In this document: piece after piece, positions 1-13,757 of the stretch
How positions within the stretch are numbered: position 1 is the first letter of the stretch
How the letters are laid out: every line of letters begins with the position of its first letter
Assembly (NCBI GenBank): GCA_015680685.1
Contig: MNCI01002561.1
Span: forward strand, 218,986 to 282,985
Source of the DNA: Gnetum montanum
Lineage: Eukaryota; Plantae; Gnetophyta
Direction of reading: 5' to 3'
Length of the DNA stretch: 64,000 nucleotides
Notes under the pieces: model-generated
The model's database searches: none
What the model was told of the DNA's origin: nothing
What the model saw: the letters and a program-made list of their open reading frames with translations, nothing else
Program-made: the position numbers and the translations under genes

Positions 1-389
1 TCCGAGTTCCTCTGCCGCAATGGAAGTGAATTTATTCCCACTCCTAGCATTATTATTCCTCTGACACAAAGGTATTGGTGGATCTTAGATCAGTAGATAT
101 GAACAAGTAGGCCTAGGGAGCACTGAGACATGGCATCTCACTATGACAAGGCATTTCAGGATGGCCAAGAGGACCTAGATTCCCAATCCAAGGATGGGGG
201 TCAAACTAACCCAACAACTATCCCTCCCTCCCTATCCTTCTGGTCAAACATGCTCTTCATGACTACTCCCTTTGTAATTTTGTCTAATCCGTTGCAACCT
301 GCAATTTCATCGACAATGGGTAGCCATGCTATACCCTCAGTGTATCAACATGCCTATTCCCCCATCTCATTTTTAGGCACTACCCATCC

Positions 390-426
<37 letters not shown>

Positions 427-2749
427 CCCGCAATCTATTCTCCAATCCATCCCTACATCGTACCATGCACCAAACACGGCTGCCCTACCTTACGTCCACA
501 TAGTACCTACATCACAATTGCATACAATTTCTTCATCCATTCTGGCATCTACACCTATTCCACCGTTAGTGGTGGGTCAACCCCCAACCATGTGGTGGAC
601 CCCATTCATTTCACCCTATTTCGCAACCTTCAAAAATGTCCCACTACACTCACCACCAAATGTACCCGATCCCGCAAACGGTACAACCAAGGATGGGACT
701 CTGGTCTGCCCCACCAGTCACGCAAGCCACCTACCTCGTAGCACCACCAATAGCTGCTACTCCAACAACACCACCCACTGGGTGGTGGACAACACCAACA
801 ACACCCTTCGTAGGGGCCACCCCAATGGTGCCACCTATGAGCTAGGTCACTATTGCTACCACACCACCAATGGGAGCTACCCCTATAGATCCCCAATCGT
901 CTATGTTACCCTCAAGTTTGGATCAAGCATTTCAACTCATCTAGACCCTTACTAAAGAGGTTCGATGCCTTAAGGCTGCTGGTTTCGACAAGGTACAAGT
1001 CATGGATTTCTACCATGATGATCCCATCATCCTAGCAGTCCCCGCACTAACGTTACACCCCAGGATGCCACTCCCCCACTTCACAAAATACAATACGGAG
1101 ATCTCAACGTGCATCTTGTTACATTTAGATCTGAGTCCCTTCTTCTGCAACAATGGCTACACACAATCATTTGTGTCTTTGATATGTCTTTGATGGGCAA
1201 AGCCTTGGACTAGTATCGTGTGCTTCCATGCTCCTCTATCTCAATCCTAGAGGAGCTACTGACTCAATTCGTAACTTTTTTTAAGTATAACTTGAAACTA
1301 GAGGTTAAGTTGGATTAGTTAATGAGCGTGAAACAAGATCCACTAGAATCAATCCAGAAATTCATACAACGGTGGAGTGCTACCCTTAATTAGATTTGTG
1401 AGCCTATCGCGAAGGCCCATCTGCAGGCCATCTTTAAGGGTGCAGTGAAAAACTTCATTAAGTCCAAACTATATTATCTCACTCCATGAACTCTTAGTTA
1501 GGCTTTTTCCTAGACCAAGAGCATACAAGACATGGTTGAGGCAAGCAAAGATCCATCCTACGTTTCATATAAGAACATGTTTACAAAGAAAAATAAAGAT
1601 AAGGGCAAGGCTGCAATAGCCACAGTGGTCACTATGGCAAACAAAGCCAAGTCCAACAAAAACAACAACAAGAAGGTGGCCACTCCACCAATTAACCCCA
1701 CACCTGCACTGAGCAACGCTTCTCAACCCTTCACCTCAACACTTGAAGCATCCACCTCATCCAAGCCTATCTTCAAGCATAAAGATCATTCTAAATATAC
1801 CCCACTACCCATCAAGCCTTTAGAACTTATGAAGCAATTACTAGGAGCAAGGTATATTTAACAGAAGAGGATGTCAAAGGAGGTAGCCAAAAGGCATTAA
1901 CAGTACTATGAAATCCTCAAGAACTCCTACTTGGCTTTGCCCAATGAGCCCCTAGTTCCTAAGAATTTCAGGCTGGAGCAGTTCTATGGCTACCATCAAG
2001 TGTGTGGTTATGACACCGATTACTGTTTGGCATTAAAGGATGACATATAACAAATGATTGATCAAGGGAAGTTGGTTCTAGAAGAAAGAAACCCCATGCA
2101 TCCCAAAAATTAATCTATGAATGTATACATGGACACAATTAACACCAACAATGTTGGTTATATCATCAACACTATCGATGTAGACAATAATCCCAAATTG
2201 CCTCAGTAGCTATTTATGGTTCGCATGCCTCAGCATAGTGCACCAACACCAGCAGTAGCTAAAAAACCACCACAACAATTGTTTCTCCTAAGGGTCCCTC
2301 TTCCAACATCCACCCCTGCACCCTCTGAAAATAAAATTGCACCATCACATGGACTAATACTAACAATATTGTTCATCATCAGGGGGCCAAATCATTCAAC
2401 TGTCCCCGCCCCGCATTAAACGACACCCCAACCTTCTTGTCCAAGGAAATGAGAAGAGCATTCGATAGGTGAGGTAACAATGGAAGGTATTTCCCCAGGT
2501 CCTTCCAAGCCTACTCCCTCATCCTCTGCATATACATCCTTGTCACCAAAGGTTAATGCTGCTACTCACTCAAAGTCATCACCACCTCATCCAAAAGGGT
2601 CTGATCCCAAGCCCGAAGCTATTCCTCCTTGGGAAATTCATCTCCTGGGACAAATGGAAGAGGAGAAGGATAGCAAGAAACAAGAAGGTGGGTAGGACCT
2701 ATTAAGCACTCTTACTAAGGTCAAGCAGGCTCTAAAACAAAAGAACTCA
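1..2749 (+). pseudogene. gag: Degenerate gag of element A (stops and frameshifts)
   Basis: Fragments match the intact D gag: LPHFTKYN, KFIQRWSA, FIKSKLYYL, degenerate CHHC knuckle near 1985-2030. Confidence 0.85.
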
Positions 2750-3613
2750 ATGTTGAGCCTGTATGACCTGATAATGACTTCTACCACACACTGTGAGACT
2801 CTGGTTCAGATGTTAACGACAATACCAATTGATGAGAACATGCCAGCAGAAGAGAAAGCAATTCACTCAATTATTATTCCTTCTATGCCTACAAAATTGA
2901 AGCCATCCCAATTGACATTCTATCATGATTCTATTAGGGAGGAGATAGAGAAGGGTCAGGTGACTACAACACCTCTGTTCATCATAATTCGGGTCAGTCA
3001 ACATAAGATTCGAAGGGTACACATTGATGACGGGGCTGCTACGAACATCATCCCATTCCCTATCATGGATAAACTAGGTTTGGTGGACCAAATAAAACCC
3101 ATGACAATGTCATGCTTGAAGTCATTCAACAAGGCATGGGTCGTAGTGAAAGGCACCGTCCACATTGACTTTGTGGCAGGGGACCAGTTCCCCATAAGTG
3201 CAACTTTTATCATGGTGGAAGAGATGCTTGGGTTTAACCTAATCTTGGGGAGGTCATGGTTAGCCCAACTCAGGGCTGTCTCTTCACCTATTCACCAAGA
3301 GATCCATCTACCCTATGTAAGCAAGGAGGTGGTAATCCACAGTGATGAGGTAGCAATGCAAGCAATAAATAACATAGATATGGAGCAATTTTTGGAGGTC
3401 ATAACCTCTAAGAATGAGGTGCCTATCTCCGTCGACACTAATTGTTTAACAAAAGAGCTAGTCCAACCCGTCGACTCAGAAAATGAAAATGTGTGGGCTA
3501 AGTTGCCTTTCCAAGCAGAATACAATGACATAGATGAATGCTATGGTAAAGGTTCTCAGCCTTATGTCTCATTAAATCCACAATGGGTCAAAAAGCAATT
3601 ACATATAGCATAG
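2750..3613 (+). CDS. Retropepsin-like aspartic protease region of element A
   Basis: IRRVHIDDGAATNII and FNLILGRSWL..SPIHQEI motifs typical of Tat/Ogre protease. Confidence 0.85.
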   Translation: MLSLYDLIMTSTTHCETLVQMLTTIPIDENMPAEEKAIHSIIIPSMPTKLKPSQLTFYHDSIREEIEKGQVTTTPLFIIIRVSQHKIRRVHIDDGAATNIIPFPIMDKLGLVDQIKPMTMSCLKSFNKAWVVVKGTVHIDFVAGDQFPISATFIMVEEMLGFNLILGRSWLAQLRAVSSPIHQEIHLPYVSKEVVIHSDEVAMQAINNIDMEQFLEVITSKNEVPISVDTNCLTKELVQPVDSENENVWAKLPFQAEYNDIDECYGKGSQPYVSLNPQWVKKQLHIA

Positions 3614-3744
3614 CATCTCCACTTCTTTCTACCTGGTAAACATCCGTTGTACACTTATTCCTCATTTGCTTCGACTTCATCCATCTACGCTAGTAGTCTA
3701 ACTTATTTCTTTAAACCATTTGCATATCATCCATTTACATTATG

Positions 3745-4070
3745 TTATGGCCAAAATGGCCTAAAACTACATTGTCCCATGGCCTAAAATCACCTAAAAC
3801 TACATCGTCCCATGCCCTGAAATGGCCTAAAACTACATATGGCCCAAAATGGCCTAAAACTATGTATGGCCAGAAATGGCCTAAAACTACACACGGCCTG
3901 CTAAGGCTTAAAACTGGCAAAACATAAACTGTTCACATTACGTTACGATCCACAAAGGCCTAAAATTGGCAGAATCATCCATTTACATTACGTTGCAGCC
4001 CGCTAAGGCCTAAAACTAGCAAAATTTTCCATCTGCATTGTGCCATGCCCCGCTATGGCCTAAAACTGGC
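3745..4070 (+). repeat. Degenerate 30-50 bp tandem array (GGCCTAAAACT core) downstream of protease
   Basis: About 9 copies of ggcctaaaact/ggcttaaaact visible. Confidence 0.85.
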
Positions 4071-4281
4071 TATTCAAAAAAATAGATATAAAAAAAACTT
4101 CTTTTGTTTATCATCTGAAAATGACCCAAAACAACCTAAAACTAAGAACGAAAAAGATAAAAACGAATAACATAGATAACATGTAAGTCAAAATAAAACA
4201 AATCTTGTCTTTCATTTAAAATCTCAATTAAATAATGTTTGCAATTTTTTTGTAGAAAATACAAAATACAATCCCTTGGTA

Positions 4282-5937
4282 TCATACATTGTCTTCCTCT
4301 GCATCATTATTCCTGCCATCAATGGGCCTTGCTTCTTCATCCAGAATCTACATCATAAAAAATGTAGTCAGTTAAAGCTACAAGTAAAAGCTAGAATGAA
4401 ATAAACTATTGCATCATAAGAAAGTGACTAACCCAAGACGGCCCCATGTCTTTCTCAGGGGGAATGTGATCCAAACTAGTCCTGAGGCATTGCCAGACCT
4501 CCTCCTTTGTAATATCCACCCAGTGCTAATTTCCCAATTCAGCATCTGCTGCAACTTTCTCCTTTTCAAGAATCATCCATCTTAGTGGTCCTGGAGAAAA
4601 GGAGGCAGTGGCGGTCTCACCCGCAGAGAAGCTCACTTCCCATTCAGGGAACTCACTAATCGTCACTTGTTGCATGAACTTGTTGTAAGTCCTAGAAGCA
4701 CCTATGACATCTAGGAATACTTCATGAGTATACAACTTAACTGAAGCATCTTGGTATTGTTTACGGTAGGTGGCATGTTCTAGTTTATACATATGCTTGT
4801 GGTTTTCCTCGGACTACCCCCACTCGTAAACTCTCACACTGTAATATTTCCAATCCTATTTCTTCTGGGCCAACAAGCCCATCTGCATTCGTTGCTCAAT
4901 TATCTCATGGGTGTCCTCATTGTTGTGGCACACAACCATCCAATATCTTGCATAATTAATGATAGTCATGTGCCAACTACCATTGTTGGTATCATTGGCC
5001 AAAAGGAACTCATTCATAGAGCAAAGGTCTCCCACCTCAGCGGTTAGGTTGGCTTTCTTTTTCTTGAGCCTCTAGACCCGTTTCCATAGGTCTTCATTCA
5101 CACACCTACACTCCCACAGGGAGAGTGCTAAATACAACGCACATTCTCTAGCCTCATCATATATGCGACAAGGCACCTCAGCCACCTCCGGCAGGAATGC
5201 AGGCATGACATCAAACTTCATTGCTTGTTTTGGGTCCCACTTGAAGCAAGAGGTTGTCGACCATACATAGAACTGCATTATTCACAATAGCGTAGCAAAT
5301 TTTAGCAACCAAAAAAGTCTAGCGTACCAACTTAAAGAGCTTAGCGTAGCTACTTCACTTACCCACTTCCAGATTGATCCACTTGAGATGATCGATCATG
5401 TCGTTGACCACCCCCTACATGAATACAAATTTATTAGGGGTTTTAGCCCATGATCATAGGAAAATCGAAGAAGGGCCTATGATGTCTACCACACAACAAA
5501 ACATGTCATGTATAATGAAGAAGGCTACAATAAAGCTGATGAGCAACGCAAATGAAACTGTAAAGGCTCCTACCCAGCAAATCCTCAGGGGTGATAGCAG
5601 GGGGATCTCCCATCGACATATTGTTGAATATATGGTCAAAATCACTAGCATCTAGTTATATCTCCCCTCCTTCTTGCTAGCTTAACACCATGGTAGCACC
5701 CTCTGCGTCCATTTTCTCCTTCGGTGCTGAACTACATTAGGCAAAGGGATCGTTAGTAGAAGTCCCTTCCTGGTCGACAAGGGCCTCTTCTTTATTTTTT
5801 GGGGCCCTTATCTTTGTGGCGCAAACATCCTTGTCATCCATACGATCATCCCCCTCATTAGCAGGGGAGTCCTCCTCATTGGTAGAAATCTCCTCCTCGT
5901 TAGCGGGAGCATTTTCCTTGTCAACGGGAGCCCCTTC
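4282..5937 (-). pseudogene. 3' exons of the antisense accessory gene, element A copy
   Basis: FKWDPKQAMKFD..VAEVPCRIYDEA..SLWECRC aligns to C LKWDLSEA..VEQVPRKVYDEV..SLWTCRC; final acidic exon after a TAG acceptor near 4348 ends in TGA at 4282. Confidence 0.8.
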
Positions 5938-7720
5938 TGTACTATCTGAAATCGTCGATGCAAGGTTGGAATGGTACAGACACTGAGAGATCTACGGAAG
6001 ATACAGTAAGATCCCACATTCACACAAGGGAAATCTAGAAATAAATGAAGGTAGAGTGCTTTGAATGGTCTACGCGTAGATCAAACAAGAACTTCCCCTA
6101 GCGTACGCTATTGTGATGCACTGGGTTATACGTAAACGGATGCAAACTAAAGCATAAATGAACATACGAAAGGTAAGACAAAAACAAAATGTAAACAAAG
6201 GTAATAAAAATTGTAACAAATGTAAATGGCATAAATAGAGAATAATGGATGGAAAAATTGTAAATGTATTGATTGACGATTACAAAAAAGTGCACCGGTC
6301 AGAACACAGCTGCAGATTGATCACAAGGCGGACGTTTAGCCCCAATGTGAAGGGTGTACAGATGCTAGGAGGTTGTAGGTTTTTGGTTGCAAGTGTACAG
6401 TGTGACCAAAATTTCCCCAAGTGCTCAGTGTTACGAAGTCTAGGTAATGCCCAATGTATCAGATGATGATGATGCGATTCGCCAACCGTATGAATGATCA
6501 AAATTGCTAGCCCTTTAGATCTTGATGTCCCAAAATTCCCCCTAACCTCTATTAAGTGGAAAAATAGGGTATTTATAGGATTTTTAGGCATGGGATTTAG
6601 ATCTGGAGGAAGATCTATGGCTGCGGGGTGAGAGAAATGTGGATCGGGTGACAGGTATTTGTGTTTTGACCAGATGCACATTTTACAATGTACAGTGTAC
6701 AGCGAGACCAATTATTACACTGGCGTGTGCAATCCACAGCATAAGAGCTTAATACACTCAAAGAATATGAAATTTTCAAAGGAATTCCATGTTACAACAA
6801 AGAATTTGATCTCTAGCCTCTGGATTTGTGGTCTGGCGTGCTGAATCTGAGCCCAATTTGATGTTGTTTTGGTCATCTTTTGTTTGGTCATACTATGGTC
6901 ATGCTATGTAGCATGGCCAAGTTAAAAATGACACATTCGAAGCTCAAATATTGATTTTTTGAAGCCTAAGAGTCAGTACAGTTGTTGCCTGTCCCCTGGG
7001 GATTGAGTTCATGTCGAACCTAGACCTGAAAATGCTTGATGTGCCCTGTTTTTTCTTGGTCACACTGTTTAGTGTGACTTCATTGTGACCTCAACATGAA
7101 AAACTGAAAATTCCATGTTTGAGGTCCAAATTTTGATTTTCTAGAGCCTGTGAACATGTACAATTGTTTCCTAGCTCCCAAGAGTTGAATTCATGTCAAA
7201 ATTCTGCCTAGAGGTGCCTGAGTTGAGCTATTCTTGTTTGGTCACACTATGGTCATGTTGTGCAGCGTGACCTCAACATGACTAACTAAAATCAACTTAA
7301 AACATGTAATTTTGAGCTTAAATTTTGAGGTTCCAAAGGCTGGGAGCTACAAGGGGCATTGGTTAAGCTCATGGAGGGTCTGTGTGCTCGGATCTAGGAT
7401 GTTTGGACTTGATTTTGGGGCTCCAGAAGTTTGTGATGTTGTACACACGCTGGTCTTATGTTGGGAAGTGTAACCATGACATGACCAAAGTGTATAGAGC
7501 AAAAACAATGCATTTTGATCCTGAAACCCTAGATTCTAGATGTTGGGAGTTGGAGCAATCGCCTTTGGGCCCCAGGGGACTTTGCCTATTCAACTATGTG
7601 TCATTTCATGCTATTTTGGAGGCTCTCATGTTTGGTCACATTGTACTCATGTTGGGCAGTAGCATGACTTAGCTTGAGTCCTATATAAAAGTTCTAGGCC
7701 AAAATTTTGTGGTGTTTTGA
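5938..7720 (-). repeat. 3' LTR of element B (~1.78 kb)
   Basis: Minus-strand end ...GATTTCAGATAGTACA matches C and D LTR ends; start TCAAAACACC resembles TGAAACACC; adjacent PPT; TATA-like CCTATAAATA near 6570-6579. Confidence 0.85.
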
Positions 7721-7721
7721 G

Positions 7722-7736
7722 TGGCCCCTCTTTTTT
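7722..7736 (-). promoter_or_regulatory. Polypurine tract of element B
   Basis: Minus strand AAAAAAGAGGGGCCA abutting the LTR, same as the D PPT. Confidence 0.8.
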
Positions 7737-9119
7737 GACACTTGGAGGAATCCACCCAAGAGGCGTTAATAAAGAAGTATAAAACACCACGAGCAACTTG
7801 GCATCAAGAACTGTTTATCAAGCACCTGGATGGATGTCATCGCACCATGTTTAGAAGTACATTGGATTAGGAAATGAAGTTTTGAGATGCACGGGAAGTA
7901 GGTTGTAACTGTGGGATCGGGAAATGAAGTTTTGAGATGCACAGGAAGTAGGTTGTAACTATGGGATCAGGGATTGATCAAGGGATTATTTTGTTTAACT
8001 GTGGGATAGGAATGCTCTTGTGAACAAGTCATGTTGGTCCTTGTCAACAGCTAGTATCTAGCAGACTTGGGATCAAGGCATGGGAGGTGCATCCTTTGGA
8101 GGAACGAGACTCAATAGCTAAAGCCACATGATGAGGTGGTGCGTTCTTTGGAGAAACAGGACCCTTGGGAGTATCAGAGGGAACTTGTTGTTAATAGCCA
8201 AAGCCACACGATGATGTGGTACAACATGATTGCTTGAGACACAAGTGTTTTCTTTCAAGACAACCACCTTCTCGCCCGAGTCTTGTATGGGAAGATCCAA
8301 TGGCCTTATGATGTATTTTTTTCTTTGATTTTTTCTTTTTTTAATCTTTTCCTTTCTTTTTTTATATTCCTTTTTTTTGGAGAGAGCATTTTTTTAGTGT
8401 TGTACTCATGCTCGTGTGCTTGTAGTTGTATCATGTGCTATGCTGTGTTGCAAGTTGCAACTGCTTGGGGAGTCACAATATGCAATAGTGTGGTTCAATT
8501 TTTGGGGTGAATGGGATGTATCCAAGAGGTGTAACTGAGTAGGACAAGGAGGACATGTTGGAGAATAAGGGATGCATCGGGAATTGGGAATGTACTCATG
8601 AGCGGATTGATTAACCTGGTTTCGTGCATCGAGAACAACGTGGTACCTTGTCACTGTGATGAAATGCATCTATGCACGAACACCTCAGAGCATCATCCTA
8701 CAAAAACAACTCTAAGAGGACAAGAAAATCACAAGTGAGTTAGTCTAAAATACTTTAAACATGAATACAGCTGATGGGATGGAGGCACCATGTTAAACTT
8801 CAGGCAAACAAAATGAGCAACATCAGCATCATCAGAGGCCACGTGGTGAATCATGCAGTAGGTTTTAGATGAAGACAAGTCGTTGATTACAGTAATAGAT
8901 CAATGGGCCAGTGATGATGTTTCCAACTTGTAGTCTTAGCAGACTGTCATGGATTAGTTTTATGTCATAACCCTTTGGACGTTGCTAGTTTAGCGTTGTA
9001 GCGGATGGTGTAGTGCTAGTTTATAGTCATGGCAGACTATGAAGAGGCAAGCAAGTTTATAGTCTTAGTGGACTCTGGCAAATAAAAATGTGGTATTTTA
9101 ATGTCATACAAGACGGTGC

Positions 9120-9575
9120 TCTGTGGTATTAGTTTATCGTCATAATGGCAGGACATTCTGTGGTATCAGTTTACCGTCATGATGCCAAGATGAGTCTGTG
9201 GTATCAATTTACCGTCATGATGCTAGGATGAATCTATAGTATTAGTTTACCATCATGATGCTAGGAAAAATCTGTGGTATCAGTTTACCATCATGATTCC
9301 AGAATGAATCTGTGGTATCATTTTACCATCATGATTCCAGAACGAATCTATGGTATCAGTTTACTGTCATGATGCCAAGACGAATCTACAATATCAGTTT
9401 ACCATCATGATGCCAGGACGAATCTGTGGTATCATTTTACCGTCATGATGCCAGGATGAATCTATGGTATCAGTTTACCATCATGATGCTAGGATGAATC
9501 TGTGGTATCAGTTTACCATCATGATGCCAAGACGAATCTGTGGTATCAGTTTATCGTCATGATGCCAAGACGATG
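9120..9575 (-). repeat. 3'-UTR tandem array of ~39-bp units (CTGTGGTATCAGTTTACCATCATGATGCCAGGACGAAT), ~11 copies
   Basis: Directly visible; 3' tandem arrays are a known Tat/Ogre/Retand trait. Confidence 0.92.
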
Positions 9576-9592
9576 GCGCATACCTTAATTTT

Positions 9593-12277
9593 TTAAGACA
9601 TAAAATGGTTTGAGGTACATGTGATTTGTATTGTATGCAAATCATTAGGTGGAACATGTATTAAATTACCATGCTTCTGATAGATGTTACATGTTTTGAC
9701 CTTAGAGAAACAATCGTACTCCATGTGTGGCCAATAATAGCCTAAACATCTGATTTTCATTGCCACTGCCTTAGGCGCTATGTGCCCTCCATAAAGTCCT
9801 TCATGAACTTGCTCCACGATCGTGTGACCATTGATGCCACTAACACACACTAACAAAATGCCTTCATAGGATCTATGACATAACATGTCTCCTATTAACG
9901 CATATTATCAAGAACTTTTTCGCACTATGTCCTTTTGAGCATTCGTTAGATGTTGTGCTGGTTCACCATGTAGAAGGTACTCTTTTATGTCATCATACCA
10001 TTCTACTACATGTGTGGTACTAACGGATGCTATAGGTATGTCATCGGGAGTGTCAGTTACGGGTTTGGCATAGTTTGTTATAGAACTAAGCAACGCATGA
10101 AACATGTCAAGTGTCATTTTTAAGGCTAGTGTTGCAAGTGCATTTGCGATGGTATTTTCATTTCTGGGAACATGTTGCACATCTATTTTTGTTAACTATT
10201 TCAGAAAGTGTTTAGTTAAGTCATAGTACGGTTGTAAATGTGAAGCTTTACATGTGAAAACATCCATGACCTGATTGATTACCAGTTGTGAGTCACCTCG
10301 AACCACGAGCCATGTGATTCCTAAAGCTAGTGCTACCATAAGACCTCTAAGAAGACCTTCATACTCTGCCACGTTGTTGGTACAAGGGAAGTTTAATCAA
10401 TAGGTAGAGGGTCAAATCTCTCCAGAGGGATAAGTTATGATGGCTATATCACTTCCTCCTCAGGAGGTTGATGCTCCATCAAAGTATAAGATTGCATCGT
10501 AGTTATCAGGAATAGTGTGTATGGTGTTCACGTTCTCATTAGGGAACTCAGGGTTGATTATTGCTTGGTCTTGCATCGGTGAGTCAGTCATTTGATTGAC
10601 TATTGCTTGACCCTTTGTGGAAGATTGAGCTATGTAGCACAGGTCAAACTCAGCAATCATCGCCTTCCATCTAACTATCTTGCTTGATTCATAAATGTTA
10701 TTGGTGATAGCTCTGAGCACATTGTCTTTACAAATAATGTTAACTTGGTTACGGAAGAGATAATGTCACCACTTCTCTAAGGAAAATATAAGGGCTAGAC
10801 ATGACCTCTCCACGTCATTGTATCTCTGTTCGTAGGCCACTAAGGCATGGCTTAGATAGTAGACAGGGATTTTGGTTTCATCTTCTCGTTTCTGGCAATG
10901 CATAGATGTGATAGATGAATCCAACGTTGCAAGGTAGATGTAGAAAGGTTTTTTGTTCTATGGGGGATAAACTATCGATAGTTGAGCTAGTGCCATTTTG
11001 ATGTTCTAAAAGGCTTCCTGGCACTGTTGAGTCCATTGAAAATAGACATTTTTGCACAATAAATGCTACATAGGTTTCAACTTATTCATCATTTTTTCAA
11101 TGAAGTGCCTAATAAACTGTAATCTACCTTGTAGAGTGCATAGTTCTTTTAGGTTGCTAGGTGGTTTCAAATTTTTTATTGCCTTAACCTTATCGGGATC
11201 TACTCGTATCCTTGTTTCAGATACTATGAATCCAAGAATTTTACCTGTTTTAACTCCAAAGACAAATTTCTTTAGGTTAAGTTTAAGCTCATATTTGAGA
11301 CAATGTTTAAGTACCAAGTCTAGATCGTTGACGTGTTTCTCAGTTATTTTTGACTTGACCGTGATGTCATCTACATAATCATTGAGCAAATTAATCATAT
11401 AATCACTAAAGATGTATGTCATCGCTTACTGATATGAAGCACCAGCATTTTTAGACCGAATGGCATCATTGTATAATAGAGTGTGCCCCATGGTGTCATG
11501 AAGGTTGTCCTGAGTTGATGTTCTAGGTTGATCCTAATCTGGTTGTATCTCAAGAATCCATCCATAAAGGACAAAAATGCATGCGCAGTAATTGAATCAA
11601 CACGTTGATCGATACTGGGTAGCGGGAACTCATCTTTTACGGTTGCTATGTTGAGGTCATGAAAGTCAATGCATAGGCGAATGCTCCCGTTCTTCTTTGN
11701 ATTGAGGTCATGAAAGTTAATGCATAGGCGAATGCTCCCGTTCTTCTTTGGGACTACAACCATGTTGGACACCCAATTGGCGTAGTCAACAGCTTGAATG
11801 AAACTAACTTGGTAAAGCTTCGTGATTTCATTACGAACTGCTAATGCTACCTCAGGTTTAACCTTTCATGCTTTTTGTTTCACTGGTCTAAGTTTTGGAT
11901 CAAGGATGATGTTATGCTAGAATATTCGAGGGTCTAGTCCTAACATATCAGTATAGGACCAAGCGAATGCTTTCATGTTGTCTTTCAGCAGTTGAGCTAT
12001 GTCACTGGCTAGTTGTGGATTTAATAGAGTACTCAGTTTTAATATTTTAACTTTGCCATCAGACATAGTAATGGGGATCTTCAGTGATGTTGTTGGCCTC
12101 TAAGTCCAGATTTTTTGTCATTCCCTTAAAGAAATCAAGTGTCTCTTGTGTTGAAGCCACAAAATTATCATAAGTTGATGACGAGTCTAGATCAATGGAT
12201 TCTAGATTGATTTCTTATTGAATGGCCCCATGTGGTCCATTGATAGACAACAGTGAGAAGAGGTGCTTGCTATCCAT
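9593..12277 (-). pseudogene. pol: Degenerate pol of B: RT, RNase H, archaeal-type RNase H (aRH), integrase zinc finger (core missing)
   Basis: RLCIDFHDLN..KDEFPLP..FMDGF..YNQI..MPFGLK, YVDDI, LYFDGAS, NNVAEYE-like, HVPRNENTIANALA, HEGLYGGH..GYYWP..C. Confidence 0.93.
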
Positions 12278-12407
12278 GTGTTTACCCCTGCTAATTAAAT
12301 AGGGAGCCATGTGAGCAAGGGTAAGTTGCTATTTCTCATAAAATTAATTTCTACATCTTAATGTATCTAAGGCATGCGATTAGTAGTTTATCATCATACA
12401 CGGATGC

Positions 12408-12492
12408 TTGGCAGTTTTAGGCCTTACCGGGCCAGGTGTGGCAGTTTAAGGCCATACCGAGCCGCATGTGGTAGTTTAAGGCCATGTCGGGC
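12408..12492 (-). repeat. Short ~30-bp array (GGCCTTAAACTGCCA) upstream of RT in B
   Basis: Three copies of GGCAGTTTAAGGCC variants on the plus strand; equivalent to 41824-41940 in C. Confidence 0.75.
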
Positions 12493-13499
12493 TATCTGCC
12501 AATCATGTTCCAAGTATATACAAGGATTATGATTTTTTGTGATTTTTCGATTTTTTTTGGATTTTTTTGTGTTTAAGTTTAAATTTTTTTTATTTTTTTT
12601 ATTTTTTTCTTTTAAAGATGTTTATTTGATTTTATATTTTTTTATATACATTTTTTTTATTTTTTTTATAATTTTTGTTTATTTTTAAAGTTTTTATATT
12701 TCAAGTTTGGGCATTGCACAAAAGAGCCTCAGCGTAAAAACAATAAATGATAAAATGATAAAAATGCACCATGTAACAATAAATAAAATAAAATAAACAA
12801 AATAACAAAAAAAGGAGGGATTTAAAAGGGGTCAAACAGGGTTAAGGTGGAAGTAATTTTCATAATTTTCAACATTTTACAGGCGGTGAACAGCGTGAGC
12901 ACAGAGTAGTGGACAACGTGACCACTAGGGTGCAGAGTCAGTGTGACTACCATGCAGCGTCTAGGGCAACATGCAGGGTAGCATGACCACTGGCAAGGTA
13001 TAGGGTAGCGTGCCTATAGCAGCATCAGCGTCCTTACAGCAGCGTCAGCGTTAGGGCAGCATGACCACTGTGCAAGGTAACATGCCTACAACAGCATTAG
13101 CGTCCAAGGCAGGATGAAGGGCAAAGGCAGGTAAGAGAGAGGCAAAGGAAAGAAGGAGGCGATGTTGGTGTTCGTGGAGGAGAGCGAGGAGATGCTCCAA
13201 CATCTTCCTCAGCCCAGGATCTCATCTTGGGTAGGGTCCTTACATAGGTATGTTCCTATTTTTCACGCTTTTGTTTTCGTATATTTTTATTGCTGTTTCG
13301 TGAGAGCAGCGTGAGCATTCGAGGGCAACGTGTGCATGTGCAGGGTGTGCATACTAGGGTAGCATGTGCATCCTAGGGTAGCGTGTGCAAGAAATGGGGT
13401 CTATCTTATGGTGAATTCTCAGCGTAAACTGCCTTCAACGTGTGTTTTGTGGTCAGCGTGACCTTGGGTCAACGTGCCTAATTTTTCAGCATGTGCAAG

Positions 13500-13685
13500 T
13501 TAGCAGCATGTCTAAGGGTTCAACGTGTCCAAACTGGCAATGTGTCCAAACTAGTAGCATGACCAAACTAGCAACATTACTAAACTGGTAGCATGACCAA
13601 ACTGGCAACATGACCAAACTGGCAGCGTGTCCAAACTGGCAGCGTGTCCAAACTAGCAACGTGACCAAACTGGCAGCATGACCAA
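13500..13685 (+). repeat. 17-bp tandem repeat (AAACTGGCAGCGTGTCC) in intron 1 of the antisense gene
   Basis: About 10 visible copies. Confidence 0.88.
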
Positions 13686-13757
13686 GGGTGTGTTAGTAAA
13701 AGATGCTTTTTCTAAATAAGTTACCTGTTTCTACGGTCTAATGTCTAATGTCAGCAT

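Larger units (their letters stand above)
1..5937 (+). mobile_element. Tat-type Ty3/Gypsy element A, partial: degenerate gag, protease, repeat array and the 3' part of the antisense gene; interrupted by the LTR of element B
   Basis: Gag peptides homologous to D and C (DFYHDDPI..LPHFTKYN, KYTPLPIKP); protease ORF 2750-3613; abrupt switch to LTR terminus TGTACTATC at 5938. Confidence 0.88.

Noticed and set aside
390-424. Poly-proline tract in the 130-741 ORF
   Set aside because: A pure poly-C run in decayed gag; slippage or sequencing artefact
9120-9575. Regular ~39-bp array resembling a CRISPR (also 21625-21900 and 40590-40925)
   Set aside because: Head-to-tail units with no unique spacers and no cas genes; eukaryotic retrotransposon context
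11653-11748. Duplicated KKNGSIRLCI segment in RT (similar duplications at N 21012 and N 56384)
   Set aside because: Overlap duplications at single-N contig joins
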